Of a stretch of DNA of 64,000 bases, positions 39,619-51,940 are shown one piece after another. This stretch comes from Calcarisporiella thermophila CBS 279.70 (taxonomy: Eukaryota; Fungi; Calcarisporiellomycota). A program made the translations under genes and the position numbers. The stretch lies in the NCBI RefSeq assembly GCF_041956535.1, contig NW_027192231.1:37203-101202 (forward strand), written 5' to 3'. Every line of letters begins with the position of its first letter. Position 1 is the first letter of the stretch. Under the pieces are notes generated by a model. The model ran no database searches and was not told the DNA's origin. It saw nothing but the letters and a program-made list of their open reading frames with translations.

Positions 39619-39690
39619 GGGCTCAACTGGGAATTGAACCCAGGACCTCTCCCACCCTAAGGGAGAATTATACCACTAAACCATTGAGCC
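39619..39690 (-). tRNA. tRNA-Pro (AGG)
   Basis: GGCTCAATGGTTTAGTGGTATAATTCTCCCTTAGGGTGGGAGAGGTCCTGGGTTCAATTCCCAGTTGAGCCC. Cloverleaf fold, A and B boxes, downstream T-run. Confidence 0.95.
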
Positions 39691-39754
39691 TACTTTGATT
39701 TGTTGGAGTTTGAGTCATATATTAGCTATCAAAATAATATTCAAACTCCGAGTT

Positions 39755-40757
39755 CTAACTAGGGAATGGAATGATGCCCCATGAAAGAAAACATATCTTT
39801 AGTCATGATGCGAGGTGGAAAGTAGCAGAGTTCAGATGGTAGATGGTACCATCCAATTTGGAACATAGAACCCTGAGGTGGAGACTTCTAAAGCATAAGC
39901 TAGTGACAGGAAAAACCACTAGTAAATGGATAGGTGAGCCAAGCACCTGCAGAAGATACAACTCGGACACACCCAAAACAATAAATAATGCATACTTTGA
40001 CTGCTCGGCAATTGCAAAACTGTGGCAGAGGGATGACTCTATCGTTTCGCCGATAGCGAGAATACCAATGCACCAATCGTCAAGAGAAGAAAAACTGTTC
40101 GGAACAGAATATAGAGCACTCCTCACAAAGCGGAAGTTGCCATGATAGCACAAGACATAGCCATTTGGATTATACATCGTTTAAATTGGAAATCGTGTGG
40201 AACACAGTAACCCTGAACCCATCCTCAGTCAAGAAATAATTCGGCCAAGCGCTTTAAATGACCAAAAGATCCAATCTGTGGGCAGCGAACCAAAATAAAA
40301 TAAAATAAAATAAATAAAGAGGAGCACCTCACAGAGGTATGGGAAGAGATAGACTGGCAAACAAGCCAGAAACTCCAATAGAGACATAGAGTCATTCTTC
40401 CAGCTCCACAATGTTCACCTTTTCTACTCTATTCTGTCCTTTTCACCTTCACCACCACCGTCATACAACTCATCCCTTTAGTTTCCTTTAATTTTTTTCC
40501 CCATTTTTCTCACATTTTTTTCTTTCTATATCTATTTCTATTCCTTCCTTCTCCCTTCCTTCCCCAGATGCCAACCCTTTATACATATCTACATCTCATT
40601 ACACAGATGTTCTAATGTTCCTCAGATTCCCCTCCAATTTACTTGTACTTATCAAGGGTAGGTGATGAGCAAAACCTGGGTGATTTTGGCGTAGCAGTCT
40701 ATCCTATTCCTATCTACATAGGACTTAATAGATAAAGAGTCCATAGTTATAAAAAAA
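39755..40757 (+). mobile_element. 5'-truncated, decayed L1/Tx1-like LINE (zf-RVT region plus 3' UTR and tail)
   Basis: LRWRLLKHKLVT...SKWIGEP.TC matches the LINE ORF at 61192..62627. Pyrimidine-rich 3' UTR, conserved tail motif at ~40655-40745, A-rich end. The 5' boundary is approximate. Confidence 0.82.
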
Positions 40758-40959
40758 GAGGATGTGATTGTGTAGTTGACTCTTCTAGGAATCCCCAAGA
40801 TAACAGTAGGTGTTTGGATCTCGCCTTTCCCACCAGTATTCATTTATTTTTTGTAGCTGCTATCCACTTGACGTTTGGCGCGATTACCAAATTGATCAAT
40901 ATTTGTGTCTTAATTACTTTTAACAATAATATGGTTTCTGCTGATTGATCAAAAAGATA

Positions 40960-41210
40960 CTAATAGCGAAGCCATTGTTATAAGAGCCGAATCGCTAGGT
41001 TGTGGGTTCGGTTCCTGCAGGCTACACCTGCCCAAAAAAGTTTGAAGGTTTTTCTCGTGATTCAATAGTAATCAATAGTATAGCAATAAGCAACTAATAT
41101 CAAGCGTGTACAAAATAGATAGTTAAAAATTCTTAGGACAAGTCCAAATACAAAAACGCAGGGCCAGGGGCAATATTTTGACGGTTTTGACGTTACAAAC
41201 CTTTTTGAAA
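40960..41210 (+). mobile_element. SINE family B copy (partial tRNA-like head, body, degenerate tail)
   Basis: AGCCGAATCGCTAGGTTGTGGGTTCGGTTCC and the body (tatagcaataagcaactaatatcaagcg) are homologous to the reverse complement of 43168-43396. Confidence 0.65.
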
Positions 41211-41887
41211 TTTTTCTTCTTATCAGGGGTGTCCTCATACGGGCTTGCATTGAAGTTTATATTGAGAGCCTTCATTTTTCTCCATAAAATAAAGAGAGTC
41301 ATGATAGCTCAAATCTCCAGGGCGGACGAATACTTCTTACTAAAAGAGGTGATCGTAAAAGTGAATCTATATAAAGATTTGTTAAATGTGGTAACAAACT
41401 GCTGTTACTATGTGGGCAATTGAAAGCTAAATATGCTTTTTAAATTTAAACTCGACTATTTTTTCCCGATGAAAATCATTTAATCATTTAGGAAAATGCA
41501 AAGAGTTGTTCGCGTGAGAGAAATTCCTTAATAAACAATTGCAAACATGGCTGGATCTGTGAAACCATGTAGTCGAAAAACTAAAGCAGGGGGTAGAATC
41601 ACCAATGCTATGAAACCCCCTTTTAGAAAAGGAATGAAAATCCTGTGCTAAAATATACAAACAATTTTCGAGGAAGATTACATGGACTAGTAAAATTTGT
41701 GGCAATGCTACCAAATAATATTCGTTTTTGGCTATTTAAACTGGCTCAATATATTGGAATATAACTGCTTGCCACTATTTTCAAAACAAAACCTAACTGC
41801 CACAGCCACATCACATGGTCTCGATTAAGTTATAAAAAGGATTTCTCTTTTTTCAATCTTGTATTATCATCTCCCGTTATCTTAACA

Positions 41888-42253
41888 ATGCATATTTTAA
41901 TCCTCATAATTGCCATTTCGAGTATTATTATTGGCACTGTAGATTGTGCTGCGACTTGTGGTGGATTTCCGCAAGCTAGCGTTGTAGACGCAACTAAGCT
42001 TATAGATAATCACATAGGCGATGGACGCGTAGCTCCAATATTCAACGGACAAGCTATAATAATGCTTAATTCTGCAAGTATAGTCACGAAATATAATTCT
42101 GGGCAAGCTCCAGTTACCTTTGACTATTTAGCACGAAGAGGGCAAGCGATTTTAGATGCATGCGAAAATGGAAGTTTACTATCAGGATTTGTCCCAGACA
42201 TTAACTTTGGCAGAACCTGTCTTTTAAAATCAGACTCGAGCTCTCTTTGTTAA
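41888..42253 (+). CDS. Small secreted Cys-containing protein (121 aa)
   Basis: Signal peptide, intronless ORF, 4 Cys in the mature part, TATAAAAA at 41831. Confidence 0.8.
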   Translation: MHILILIIAISSIIIGTVDCAATCGGFPQASVVDATKLIDNHIGDGRVAPIFNGQAIIMLNSASIVTKYNSGQAPVTFDYLARRGQAILDACENGSLLSGFVPDINFGRTCLLKSDSSSLC

Positions 42254-42752
42254 TTATAGTAATCGATCATGGCCGTGTCTAACATATGATATTTACTATA
42301 TTTTTGTAAAGAAGCGAAAAACATTTGATATATAATACTTGTATTCATTCTCTACACTCGCAAAATATCTAGTAAACTGAAGTCACTTTTTTTTTATAAA
42401 ACATTCGAGGTTGAAATCAACTACCAGGTATCTTATTTAAATAATACATATACTGTACATAAATTTAATCGAGAGAATTCTTTGGATTTTATATTATAAT
42501 ATTCTATGGAATCAATTACCGCTCGACAAAAAATTAATTTCAAACTGTCCGAGTTAACAGCTTTGGATGATAAAGCTTGTATGTCAGGATGTGAATTGAT
42601 CAAGTTGAAGATTACTTTGAAGCGGCTCAAGCATCAAATCACATAAAATTCCGTAGCCATTGTCTTGTTTAGAGCTGACAATGCAATTAGTGAAAGTATT
42701 TCATGATGCGATACAAAGCTTTGACGATTGGAAAACATTTTTTTCGCTCTCG

Positions 42753-43152
42753 ATTTTTATTTTAACAAAGGATCTTATTGAATAGTATTCTATCCTATTA
42801 AAAAGGTAGGGTAGCTTTTACGTCAAAATCACCCAGGTAATGCTCCTGGCAAAATAATAGAAAGGAATTTTTATTTTCCTCTAAGGACGCGAGAACTTGC
42901 GTCCTGTGGTTTATTTAATATATATTACAAATATGAGGGATGCTTCCGAACAAGCTTAATAAGTACTAGAAAACATGGGATAGAATATAAAGGGTTCCGT
43001 GCTTGGAAAGGTCGGATTAGCTGTTCTTTGATTACTCGAAATCGAAGGCTACCTCTTGGCTATCACCGATCTGGATTAGCGGGCTATTTCCCCATTTTTG
43101 CTTGAAACTTTCTTCGTCTTTTTTCATCTGTGCTTGTATCCATTGTCCTTTG
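42753..43152 (-). mobile_element. Two stacked 5'-truncated retroposon 3' ends
   Basis: Conserved tail motif at 42769-42850. The second piece (42866-43152) has an A-rich end and is flanked by the identical 15-mer AAAATAATAGAAAGG at 42851-42865 and 43153-43167. Confidence 0.7.
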
Positions 43153-43167
43153 AAAATAATAGAAAGG

Positions 43168-43396
43168 TACTGCCTCTGGCCTCCCATTTTGTGGTTGGAT
43201 TTCTCCTAAGGATTTTTGCTATCTATTTTTGTAGCCGCTTGATATTACTTGCTTGTTGCTATACAATTGATAGCGGTTGGGCCCTAAAAAAAAAAACCGG
43301 CAAACTCCCACGGACTGGTGTCGCCTACGGGAATCGAACCCGCAACTTAGTGATTCGGCTCCGGGGTCCCAAACCACAACGCCAACCAAGGGCGAC
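43168..43396 (-). mobile_element. SINE family B copy with tRNA-like head (43316-43396)
   Basis: Head GTCGCCC...GCGGGTTCGATTCCCGTAGGCGACACCA, with B box, acceptor stem and ACCA. Flanked by ATAGAAAGG. Confidence 0.75.
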
Positions 43397-43411
43397 GAAA
43401 CGATAGAAAGG

Positions 43412-43928
43412 CTATTATTATTATTTTTTTGATCATTCAATGGAAACTTATAATTTATTTCCAAATATTACATTACCTTTCTGGGCTAACATAAATTGTC
43501 AAAATCTAAGTTCTACCTTGCCACCTAACTATATCCCCACCCCTTTATTCCTCCCTTTCTTTTTTCATTGTAATCATTAAACTCTTGTAAGCTACGGAAA
43601 CTAATAAACGTCTCCGTTGATTGATCAAAAAAAAAAAATTCCATATATTACATTAAATTAATGTCAATGGACTTAACATAGCGAGATATAGGTCTTTGAT
43701 CGGTAGGCGTGTAATCGATATGCGTATAATCGAAAGGCGTGTATTGTTGTTGTCATGAATAGCACGTACGTGAAATCGATGTAATCAGTATACTTTTTTC
43801 GGAGGAGCGATCTTTCAAGTAATGAAGGCTGTTGATCAATAGTGAGAGTTGGTGGGGGAAGTGGTATTCGAACTCACGCCGTTTTTATTCGGCATCCCTG
43901 GGATAGTCCACTACACCATCCCTAACCC
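43412..43928 (-). mobile_element. SINE family A copy 1 (head 43850-43928) with a nested opposite-strand insertion
   Basis: Homologous to 44585-44892, has A/B-box-like motifs, ends in ...GATCAAAAA, and has the TSD ATAGAAAGG at 43403-43411 and 43929-43937. Confidence 0.8.
43476..43638 (+). mobile_element. Short polyadenylated retroposon 3' fragment nested in the SINE A tail
   Basis: AATAAA...TTGATC(A)12 end, flanked by the 17-bp TSD TTCCA(A/T)ATATTACATTA at 43459-43475 and 43639-43655. Confidence 0.75.
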
Positions 43929-44584
43929 ATAGAAAGGTTAACATTGGTGGCGCGGTTATTTATTTCTATATGAAATACATATGTTCCAATGACTGTCATA
44001 AACTAGAGCGATATAACTAGGGGATACTCGGGGAACACTAGGTAAAGCTATAGGTTTATTCAAGAACAAGGTGTGTATCTTAAAGGTTCTACTTAGAGTG
44101 TTCCTTTTATACTATAAGATATAATAACTATTTAACCTGTTAACTAATAAAGCTAATGAATACTNNNNNNNNNNNNNNNNNNNNNNNNNNNNNNNNNNNN
44201 NNNNNNNNNNNNNNNNNNNNNNNNNNNNNNNNNNNNNNNNNNNNNNNNNNNNNNNNNNNNNNNNNNNNNNNNNNNNNNNNNNNNNNNNNNNNNNNNNNNN
44301 NNNNNNNNNNNNNNNNNNNNNNNNNNNNNNNNNNNNNNNNNNNNNNNNNNNNNNNNNNNNNNNNNNNNNNNNNNNNNNNNNNNNNNNNNNNNNNNNNNNN
44401 NNNNNNNNNNNNNNNNNNNNNNNNNNNNNNNNNNNNNNNNNNNNNNNNNNNNNNNNNNNNNNNNNNNNNNNNNNNNNNNNNNNNNNNNNNNNNNNNNNNN
44501 NNNNNNNNNNNNNNNNNNNNNNNNNNNNNNNNNNNNNNNNNNNNNNNNNNNNNNNNNNNNNNNNNNNNNNNNNNNNNNNNNNNN

Positions 44585-44912
44585 TTTTATTTAATTTCCA
44601 TATATTACATGAAGTTAATGTCAATGGACTTAACATAACGAGATATAAGTCCTGGATCGATAGACGTTCAATTGATATGCGTGTATCGTAGTTGTCGTGA
44701 ATAGCATGTACGTGAAACCAATGTAATCTTTGTACTTATCGTAAGGGCGATCTTTTCAATAATCAAGACAGCTTCTGATCAAGTGGATAGCAGTCACAAA
44801 CTAAGAGTAAGTGCTGGTGGGGGAAGTGGGATTCGAACCCACGTCGTTCTCATCGGCATCCCAGGGATAGTCCACTACACTAACCCTCCCCCCCACTACA
44901 CTAACCCTCCCC
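44585..44912 (-). mobile_element. SINE family A copy 2 (head 44815-44892; 20-bp 5' tandem duplication)
   Basis: GGGGGAGGGTTAGTGTAGTGG...GTGGGTTCGAATCCCACTTCCCCCACCA. The body is collinear with 43640-43850, and the 3' end is lost in the assembly gap. Confidence 0.82.
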
Positions 44913-44992
44913 TCACCTCCCGAGTATCTAAGTGGCTGCTTATGTGACTTTTCCGTAACAAAAGCCAATATCCTCGTAACATGACAAAGTCG

Positions 44993-45064
44993 TCTTCGGT
45001 AGTATAGTGGTTAGTATTCCCGCCTGTCACGCGGGCGACCCGGGTTCAATTCCCGGCCGGAGAG
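44993..45064 (+). tRNA. tRNA-Asp (GTC)
   Basis: TCTTCGGTAGTATAGTGGTTAGTATTCCCGCCTGTCACGCGGGCGACCCGGGTTCAATTCCCGGCCGGAGAG followed by a T-run. Confidence 0.96.
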
Positions 45065-45367
45065 ATTTTTAATTTTATTTGCACAATACAGTATTCATGA
45101 ACCTTATCTTCCATTCAATTCCAAATAATTCTGATTCTGACTTATCCTAATAATACTGGTATGAATATTCCTCACCAATATGATCTCGACCTAAATTAAT
45201 CAAGAACAAGATATATATTTAATAGTAGACAAGAGGGAATTATGACAAACCACCATTTTGTTACCATCTACCAAAAACCATAGAAAAACATTTCTAAAAA
45301 AATGAGGGGGCGATTAAAAAAGAAGGAAATAAGGGCCCAGAGAAAATTTCAAGAAATAATTTTTTTC

Positions 45368-48300
45368 TCATTTTTGTTCTGTATCCAAAGGCGAGGAAAT
45401 CAGTGTGATTTCTGCATTTAAATCCAAATCTTTTGAGACAGTTTGCACCTCTACCGCCGCTTCATTTGTTTCTCTTTCTGCCGTGGGTGCAGGCAATTTT
45501 GATTCACTCTGATCGGTCTTTTCATAATTTAACTCTCCCTCGTTCAACTCTTTCACTTCAGATTCTTTGGCTGGTAAGACACCTTGTTCTGCGAGGGGGA
45601 TAGTTGCACTTTGATCTTCCTTAGGAGGTTGGCTAGTACTCTCAGGAGGAGAAGGGAAGAGCTCGTGCCGCAAATCTGGTAAAAATGCATCGATTCGCTT
45701 CCATGTGATATCCCACAACTCGTTATATTTCTCTGTTCCACCAGCTGGCTTCTGAATTGCTTCAGTCTTCACCAAGCCCGCTTCCTCTGCCACTTGTTTG
45801 ACATCTTCCACTTCTTCAACCACAAGCGTATCTGTGAATGCGCCTGATGCATACATGACTAGAATCATATTTTTCAAAGATTCTGGAACCGCCTCAGCCT
45901 AAAAACCATACAAGAGATAAGCGAAGTGCCCTTGCTTATCTGTAGCTTTCGGTTTCAACTCACCAAATGATCGCTTCCGCTCTCTCGCATATAGCGATAT
46001 AGAATATCTAGGATTCGCAGCCACAGCTTCATCAGCCCCGACCAGCCCATCATTCGTGGAACATGGTGTAAAAATGTCTTGCAAAGCAATGCCGACGCGC
46101 GCATTCGCGCCTCATCTGCCCCATATGGATCCGTAGGGAATATATCGGGCTTCAAAAGCTCATTGAGCAAGGGGAAAAGGATGGACTCGAAAACTGCACC
46201 GGACGGAAGATCTTCTTGGGAGAGTTCAGGGAGAAGCAGGGCGCGTTGAAGGAGAGTGAGTGCTTGCTGTCGCAACTCGCGAGAAGGATTGTAGCACTGT
46301 CGAGCAAGACTCGTTAGAAGCGGAAGCCAGCATTCATCCCATGCTAAGGAAGAAATAAAGGCAATTAGCGGAATACATTTGCTGATTTATATGTGTCGAA
46401 ATCCTAACCATTTCCATCCGTAATTTCGAAATGGGGGATCCGATTATGAAGCATGTAGATGATATCTAGTGATTTGCTGGCACGCTCTAGTGGACCACTG
46501 CTACTGAAATGTAGAGAAATAATCTTCACTTTTTGAGCTCTGAAAAAAGAATAGAATATATCACTATAATACTTACGCCTTAATGACACGTCTTCCACCA
46601 GGTCCCCCACTCTCAGAGGTAATACTTCCCTTTCTTTTAACTGAATGAACCGTGGCATCTGCGAAAGAAGAGAGCGTGTCGAGACAGCTGACAAAATTTT
46701 CAGGTACAATATTGATTCCCGGAGGGTCTCCAAGTAGTAACATCACAGTTTCAAATGAAAACTTGGCAGCCTCAGGGTGCGCGGCAGTATTGGCCACAAG
46801 CGAAAATACAGAGGACCAAGCCGAGACACCTGTCTTGCGATCGACATCAGCCCTGATCATATTTGAAATTCCGGCCATCATTTGTTCGGCAACATTGCTG
46901 CGAATCTCCGCTGGCAAACCTAGAAGCAAATTCAATGCACTAACCAACTGGGGGCGCATCTCCTCTTGCTGCAAAATGCGAATGCAGAGTCGTAGAAGTC
47001 CGACGACTGCGCGCTCCACTAGTAGAATGCTGTGCGTATCTGCAGCACGAAGTATGTCACTCAAGTGCTCAAACATGATGTTCCAGAGGGTATGCACACG
47101 ATCAGCACTAGAAATTGTGATGCTGATCATCACCTCAAGGAAGAAAACGGCCGCTGGATCATAGCGCTGCTGTGGTGGTGTGCCTCCACGACGCTCCCTT
47201 CCATTTCCACTTCCTGGCTGAGTGTTCTTAGTGGTGGTCGAATTAATCGTTGCGTTTTGTTTGCATGCTTTCATAAGGAATTCCAAAGACTCTTGCTCCA
47301 AGAACCTAGTCGGACAAATTCATTTTTAGTATGGTATTTTAAGTGTATGAATAGTAAGCGATGACACTATACTTCATATCAGCAAACAGCTCCTCCAATC
47401 GACATGACATCACGCAATCCACGGCACATAGTGCAGCCTCAACCTCCTCTTCAGTAGGTTCAGGTCGCAGCGGCTCATATCCGCTCGAATAAGGCGATAG
47501 AAGATATGAAGAAAGAGTTGAAAGAAGTGAACCATCCCTACGACTCTGAGGGTTAGGGGAAGAGGGGGCAGACGGTGGTTTGAGTGGTATTGTCATTGTG
47601 CCAGCCAGGAAGTCTTCAACTTGAGACATTGAACTCGGGAGCAAAGAGTTCAGGAAAAGTTGCTTGATGATCTCCATCATCTATAATAGGTTAAGTCGAG
47701 AAAACTTAGTCGATTTCTCATCAAAAATACCAGTGCAATATACTCACGCTTGACCAACCCTCATGTAAAGAGTTTCCATGCTCATTTGCGACAGCAAATG
47801 CCACCACAGCCGCAAGTTGACCTTTATAGTTGCGTCCAAATTGTACCGATAAATCGCTTACCATGACTTTTTGACCGTCTGCCTCAACTTCGACATGGGT
47901 TACGTTTGCTGAAGTAGACTCTAATAATCCAGTCATACGCGCAAGCATTGTAATCACCGCATCAAAGATATCAGGCAATTCATAGTGTGCTGCTAGGACT
48001 GCACAATGATGAAAACCGGTGACGGCTTTCTGGAGAGTTGCATCGTCATAGGCATTGTTGAAAGCTGGGAGAAATGAGGTCAGAGACCAATCTGCTGTTA
48101 GCAAAGTAGTGTGGCTTACCATACGAAATTGCTGCAACCATCGGTTTCCATGCAAGCATAAACATATCTTTGTCATAAATCGAAGTGCTCACAATAATTA
48201 AATTGCCTATAAAATTTTTGCATGCATCAATACATCGATAGAACATACACGTATAACTCGAATTATTTATTAATAGGAGAGGTGCAACTCACCCGTTCGC

Positions 48301-51300
48301 TCTGCTCGTCGTAAGAGCTCCTTCCAGGCATAATTAAATCCAAGCTGTCCTTCATGTTCTTCAGGCATTACAATTTCTCGTTTTCTGATTGCCTCATAGA
48401 TCGCTTGCTATAGATTAAAACGTATAAAAAACTAGCGAAAAGGAGTGAGGGAATATTGCTCCAATTACCAAATAACTCGGGGAAAAATCGTTTTTATCAT
48501 TAACACCTCGCAAATTTCCCATATAATCGTGAAGCGTCATTCGTCTCTGAACAAAATGTTTAATATCGAGCATGGACTAGAGCAATAGCAATAGATTTAC
48601 CCGGACTTGAGGATTATGTAGATCTGTATTTAACATAATCACAGAATAGGAAAGTATAAAGGTTGCATCTTGGGAGGCGATGTCTTTCGGGTGAGTAGCA
48701 AAATAGGTCTCCGCAAATACTTCAACAATACGTTCTATCTGTTGGGATTCGCCTGGTAAACGGAAAGATTCCAAAAGATCACGTAGTGCTTCGTCGATCC
48801 GTTTCTGCAGAGACAAGTGATAAAATTAATAGTTTAAATATTCGGACATCAAATAACTTAATCCATGGTCCTAACCTCGCTGAAGTCAAATAGTTGTACG
48901 AATACTTTCAATACTTTGATGTTAGAGGGCTTCGATAGATATTCTCCCAGCAGCTTTTTATTGAGCCGAGGTGTGTTTTTCAAGAAGGTCGCCAAGCTTG
49001 CTGTTGAATCACCGGAGGAATCTAATTCGATAATCCCATGGGCTATAAAAAAATAAACCACTTAATATGAATGGTTTATCGCAAGATAGTAAATCCTGAT
49101 TACATTGTAAAAATTCGATTCCCTTTTTTGGATTTTCATTAAAGCGAGCAGCCCCTTCAAGAAGAAGTCGCTTATGCATTTTGAGCTTCATGAGCTCCGA
49201 TGAGGATGGGTATTTCTCTGCAGCAGTATTTAAATTGCTAGGCGTGGTCTAGTAAAGCAAAGTACGCAAAACGATATAATTCCGTTTCGGGTGAGATTTC
49301 AGGTCTCACTGTATTGATTTACCTCAATTCTCGCAACCATAAAGTTAATAAATAAGAGCAGCGCATCTAAACAGAGCATATGAGAATTCCTAGCTGCGTA
49401 TCCATTCGTGTCAGGGAAAGCATTCTAATAGTTGTACACATACGACGCAAAAATAAATGCTCTAATATGGATTATAAATTTAAAAGCTTGGAATATCAGA
49501 AATCTACCTTGCAAAGGAAGCGTATCATCTCCTCAAATAAATCTCGACAATCCAACTGACAATCATAATTCACCCACAAATCGACCATGAAGGATGGTAT
49601 ACGTGCAAACTGTCCTAGCATCTCTAATAACAATTCTCGCACTTCGCCCTGGGCTGGTTGTGCTTCACGACGGCCATAATCACGAGGATCTGGCAATGCT
49701 CTATTCCCCGAAGGACTTACAGCACGGTCATCGATGGTCGGAGAGCCGGCGAACTCTGCTTCGAATGGAAGGGAGCGAGTAACTGCCGGCGATAAACGTT
49801 CAATCAGGTATGAGAGAAAGAGCTCCTGCTGCATTTTGAGATAAGGACGGAGAGTGTCAAATACAGTGCTTGTGACGCGAAGAGTAAGAGTGAGAAGAGG
49901 CAGTGATTCAGTTCGTGCAATCTATTTTATTGCCCATAATAATCGTGAGGCGCTTTAAATTTACCGCAAAAGAAAAGAGCGTCCTCTCATTTACCTGGAA
50001 CAAATATTTACAAAGTTCATCGACGACCAGCGCGCGTAAGGATTTAAATCGTCCAATGCTGCGACCACCCACTTCAAATGCAACATTCAAAATCCCGAGA
50101 GACATAAGTCGCATACTGTCAGTGTGTTGGTGATCATGTGGATTTAAGAGGGAAATAAGAACTCGGAGGAGTTCGCGTATTGAAGGTAACCCATAGGGGA
50201 CAGGCACTTCTGTAAAGTTCCAATTAAAAAGTGACAGTTCAAAAATTACTGGATGGAAACCTTCACAAGAAATTCGTTTGACTACCTGACTGCTCCTCGT
50301 CGGTTATTAGATTTGGTTCTAGACTTTCTACGCGCAAAGGCTGCTCTAGTGAGATGGATCTTCGAAACTGTTTCTTCAAGTCATCTGAGGAAGTGATACG
50401 ACTTCCTCCGAGGGTTCCTTTGTTCTGATCGGGTATCTCAAGATAGGTTGGCTGGCTTCCTTGTTGCTCTCCAGATTTAGACTGTGTCACAGACGACTGT
50501 TCAGGCACTGGAGATGGTGGTTTAGTATCACTTGTGCTATCTGTCTCTATAGAATCCGTATCATCCCCCAGCTCTTTCAACCTAGACGCCATATAAAATT
50601 TGGTATTCAGTAAACAAATTAAAAAATAATACAAAGCCATTTCTACTCACCTTTCAAAAAGCGTTTGAACCATTATCCTCATAGCCTGCTCAGCAGATCT
50701 TCGGAGCATTTCTAAAGAAATTCAACATTATAGGCATTTGCTCCAAGCTGCTTACTATACGTTTGAATATATTTACCACTCAACCGCATTTGACAGCACA
50801 TACTCAATCCTGTCTCCATCATCTCGCACACTGCTTCATCACTCAATACTCTGCCGATGGGTAGAGTCAACGTAATTTGCAGAACTTGAAGAATTTTTAG
50901 CAGCACCACTTCATCGGAGACAGAATCGCTGGCTTCAAATTTACAATGAGTAGCCGCAGAGGAGAGCGCGGACATAGCGATGGCTATGTTAGGTGAATTC
51001 ATGTCGATGATTCCATAGATGAGAAACTTTTCTACACTGGCAAGCGCAGCGCCAGTAATAGGACCGGTGGTGTCGCCAGATTTAATCACCTCAAGAAATG
51101 GAGCAAGGAGTGCATGTGCATCGAGTTTCTCACGGTCTAACGCAAGATAGTTTAAAATGTTAAATATTTAGTAGTGTTGGAAACTATAAATCCAAGGCAA
51201 TATACCGGTGATAAGGGACAATTTCGCTCGCAAATTTGTGAAGCCATGCATCAGAGGACTTGACTAAGGAAGTAATCGTATTCATCACGAATTCACTCAA

Positions 51301-51554
51301 GGAAATATATTTCAAAATAAATTGGAATGTACCTGACTCTTATACCCGTCATTTCCACGAGGTCGCAGATCTCTTAGTGGTGTACGCCTACCACCTGCCA
51401 TCTCTATACTCGCCATACTAAGTCCGCTCACGCTAATCCCAGACCACCGTGAGTTTTTACGCATCGCACTTGTCACTGAGATAATCTCAGAGTGTACGAG
51501 GTGTTGCCAGTTCAGCTCACAGCAAGCGGAAGACGGAGCCTCCGTTTGTGACAT
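45368..51554 (-). CDS. GBF1: GBF1/Gea1-2 family Sec7-domain Arf guanine nucleotide exchange factor (multi-exon)
   Basis: DCB region (SGDTTGPITG..L, HCKFEASD), HUS box DLWVNYDC, Sec7 motif FRLPGESQQIERI and IMLNTDLHNPQV, and HDS domains. Confidence 0.95.
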
Positions 51555-51940
51555 TTTCGAGGTTTACGTTTCTATTCCTAGTACTAATCTTAGTAAAATT
51601 AACTAAAGAAACTTGATGATGCTGAACTAATGGATGCAATTTAGAAAGTACGCGTTTTTTCCCCTCATTTCGGCATATGTATTTTGTGTGGTTGTGGCTT
51701 GGTTTAATTCGTGTTTAAAAATGATTGAAAGAATAAGGGACCTTATAAGAATTTTCGTCTGAGTTGTAGTAAAGTCATTCGCATATTCAATATTGAATGC
51801 TTGAATGACATTATAGTATTAAAATAGGCAAGAAATGATGATGAAAATTTCTATTATCGTTCCAACTTCCCGCAATTTATCAACCAAGAATGAAAAATAA
51901 ACAAATAGAACAGATATTGGTAAAAAAATCTAATAGTAAC

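Noticed and set aside
40655-40715. TGATGA-containing tail as a hammerhead ribozyme or SECIS element
   Set aside because: It lacks the CUGAUGA...GAAA core, and the other copies of the motif lack TGATGA.
44112-44638. ORFs spanning the N run
   Set aside because: Artefacts of the assembly gap.
43316-44892. tRNA-like heads as functional tRNA genes, tRNA-Sec or tmRNA
   Set aside because: There is no canonical anticodon arm or TCA anticodon, no tag ORF, and no immediate terminator. They are attached to repeated bodies with tails and TSDs, so they are better explained as SINE heads.
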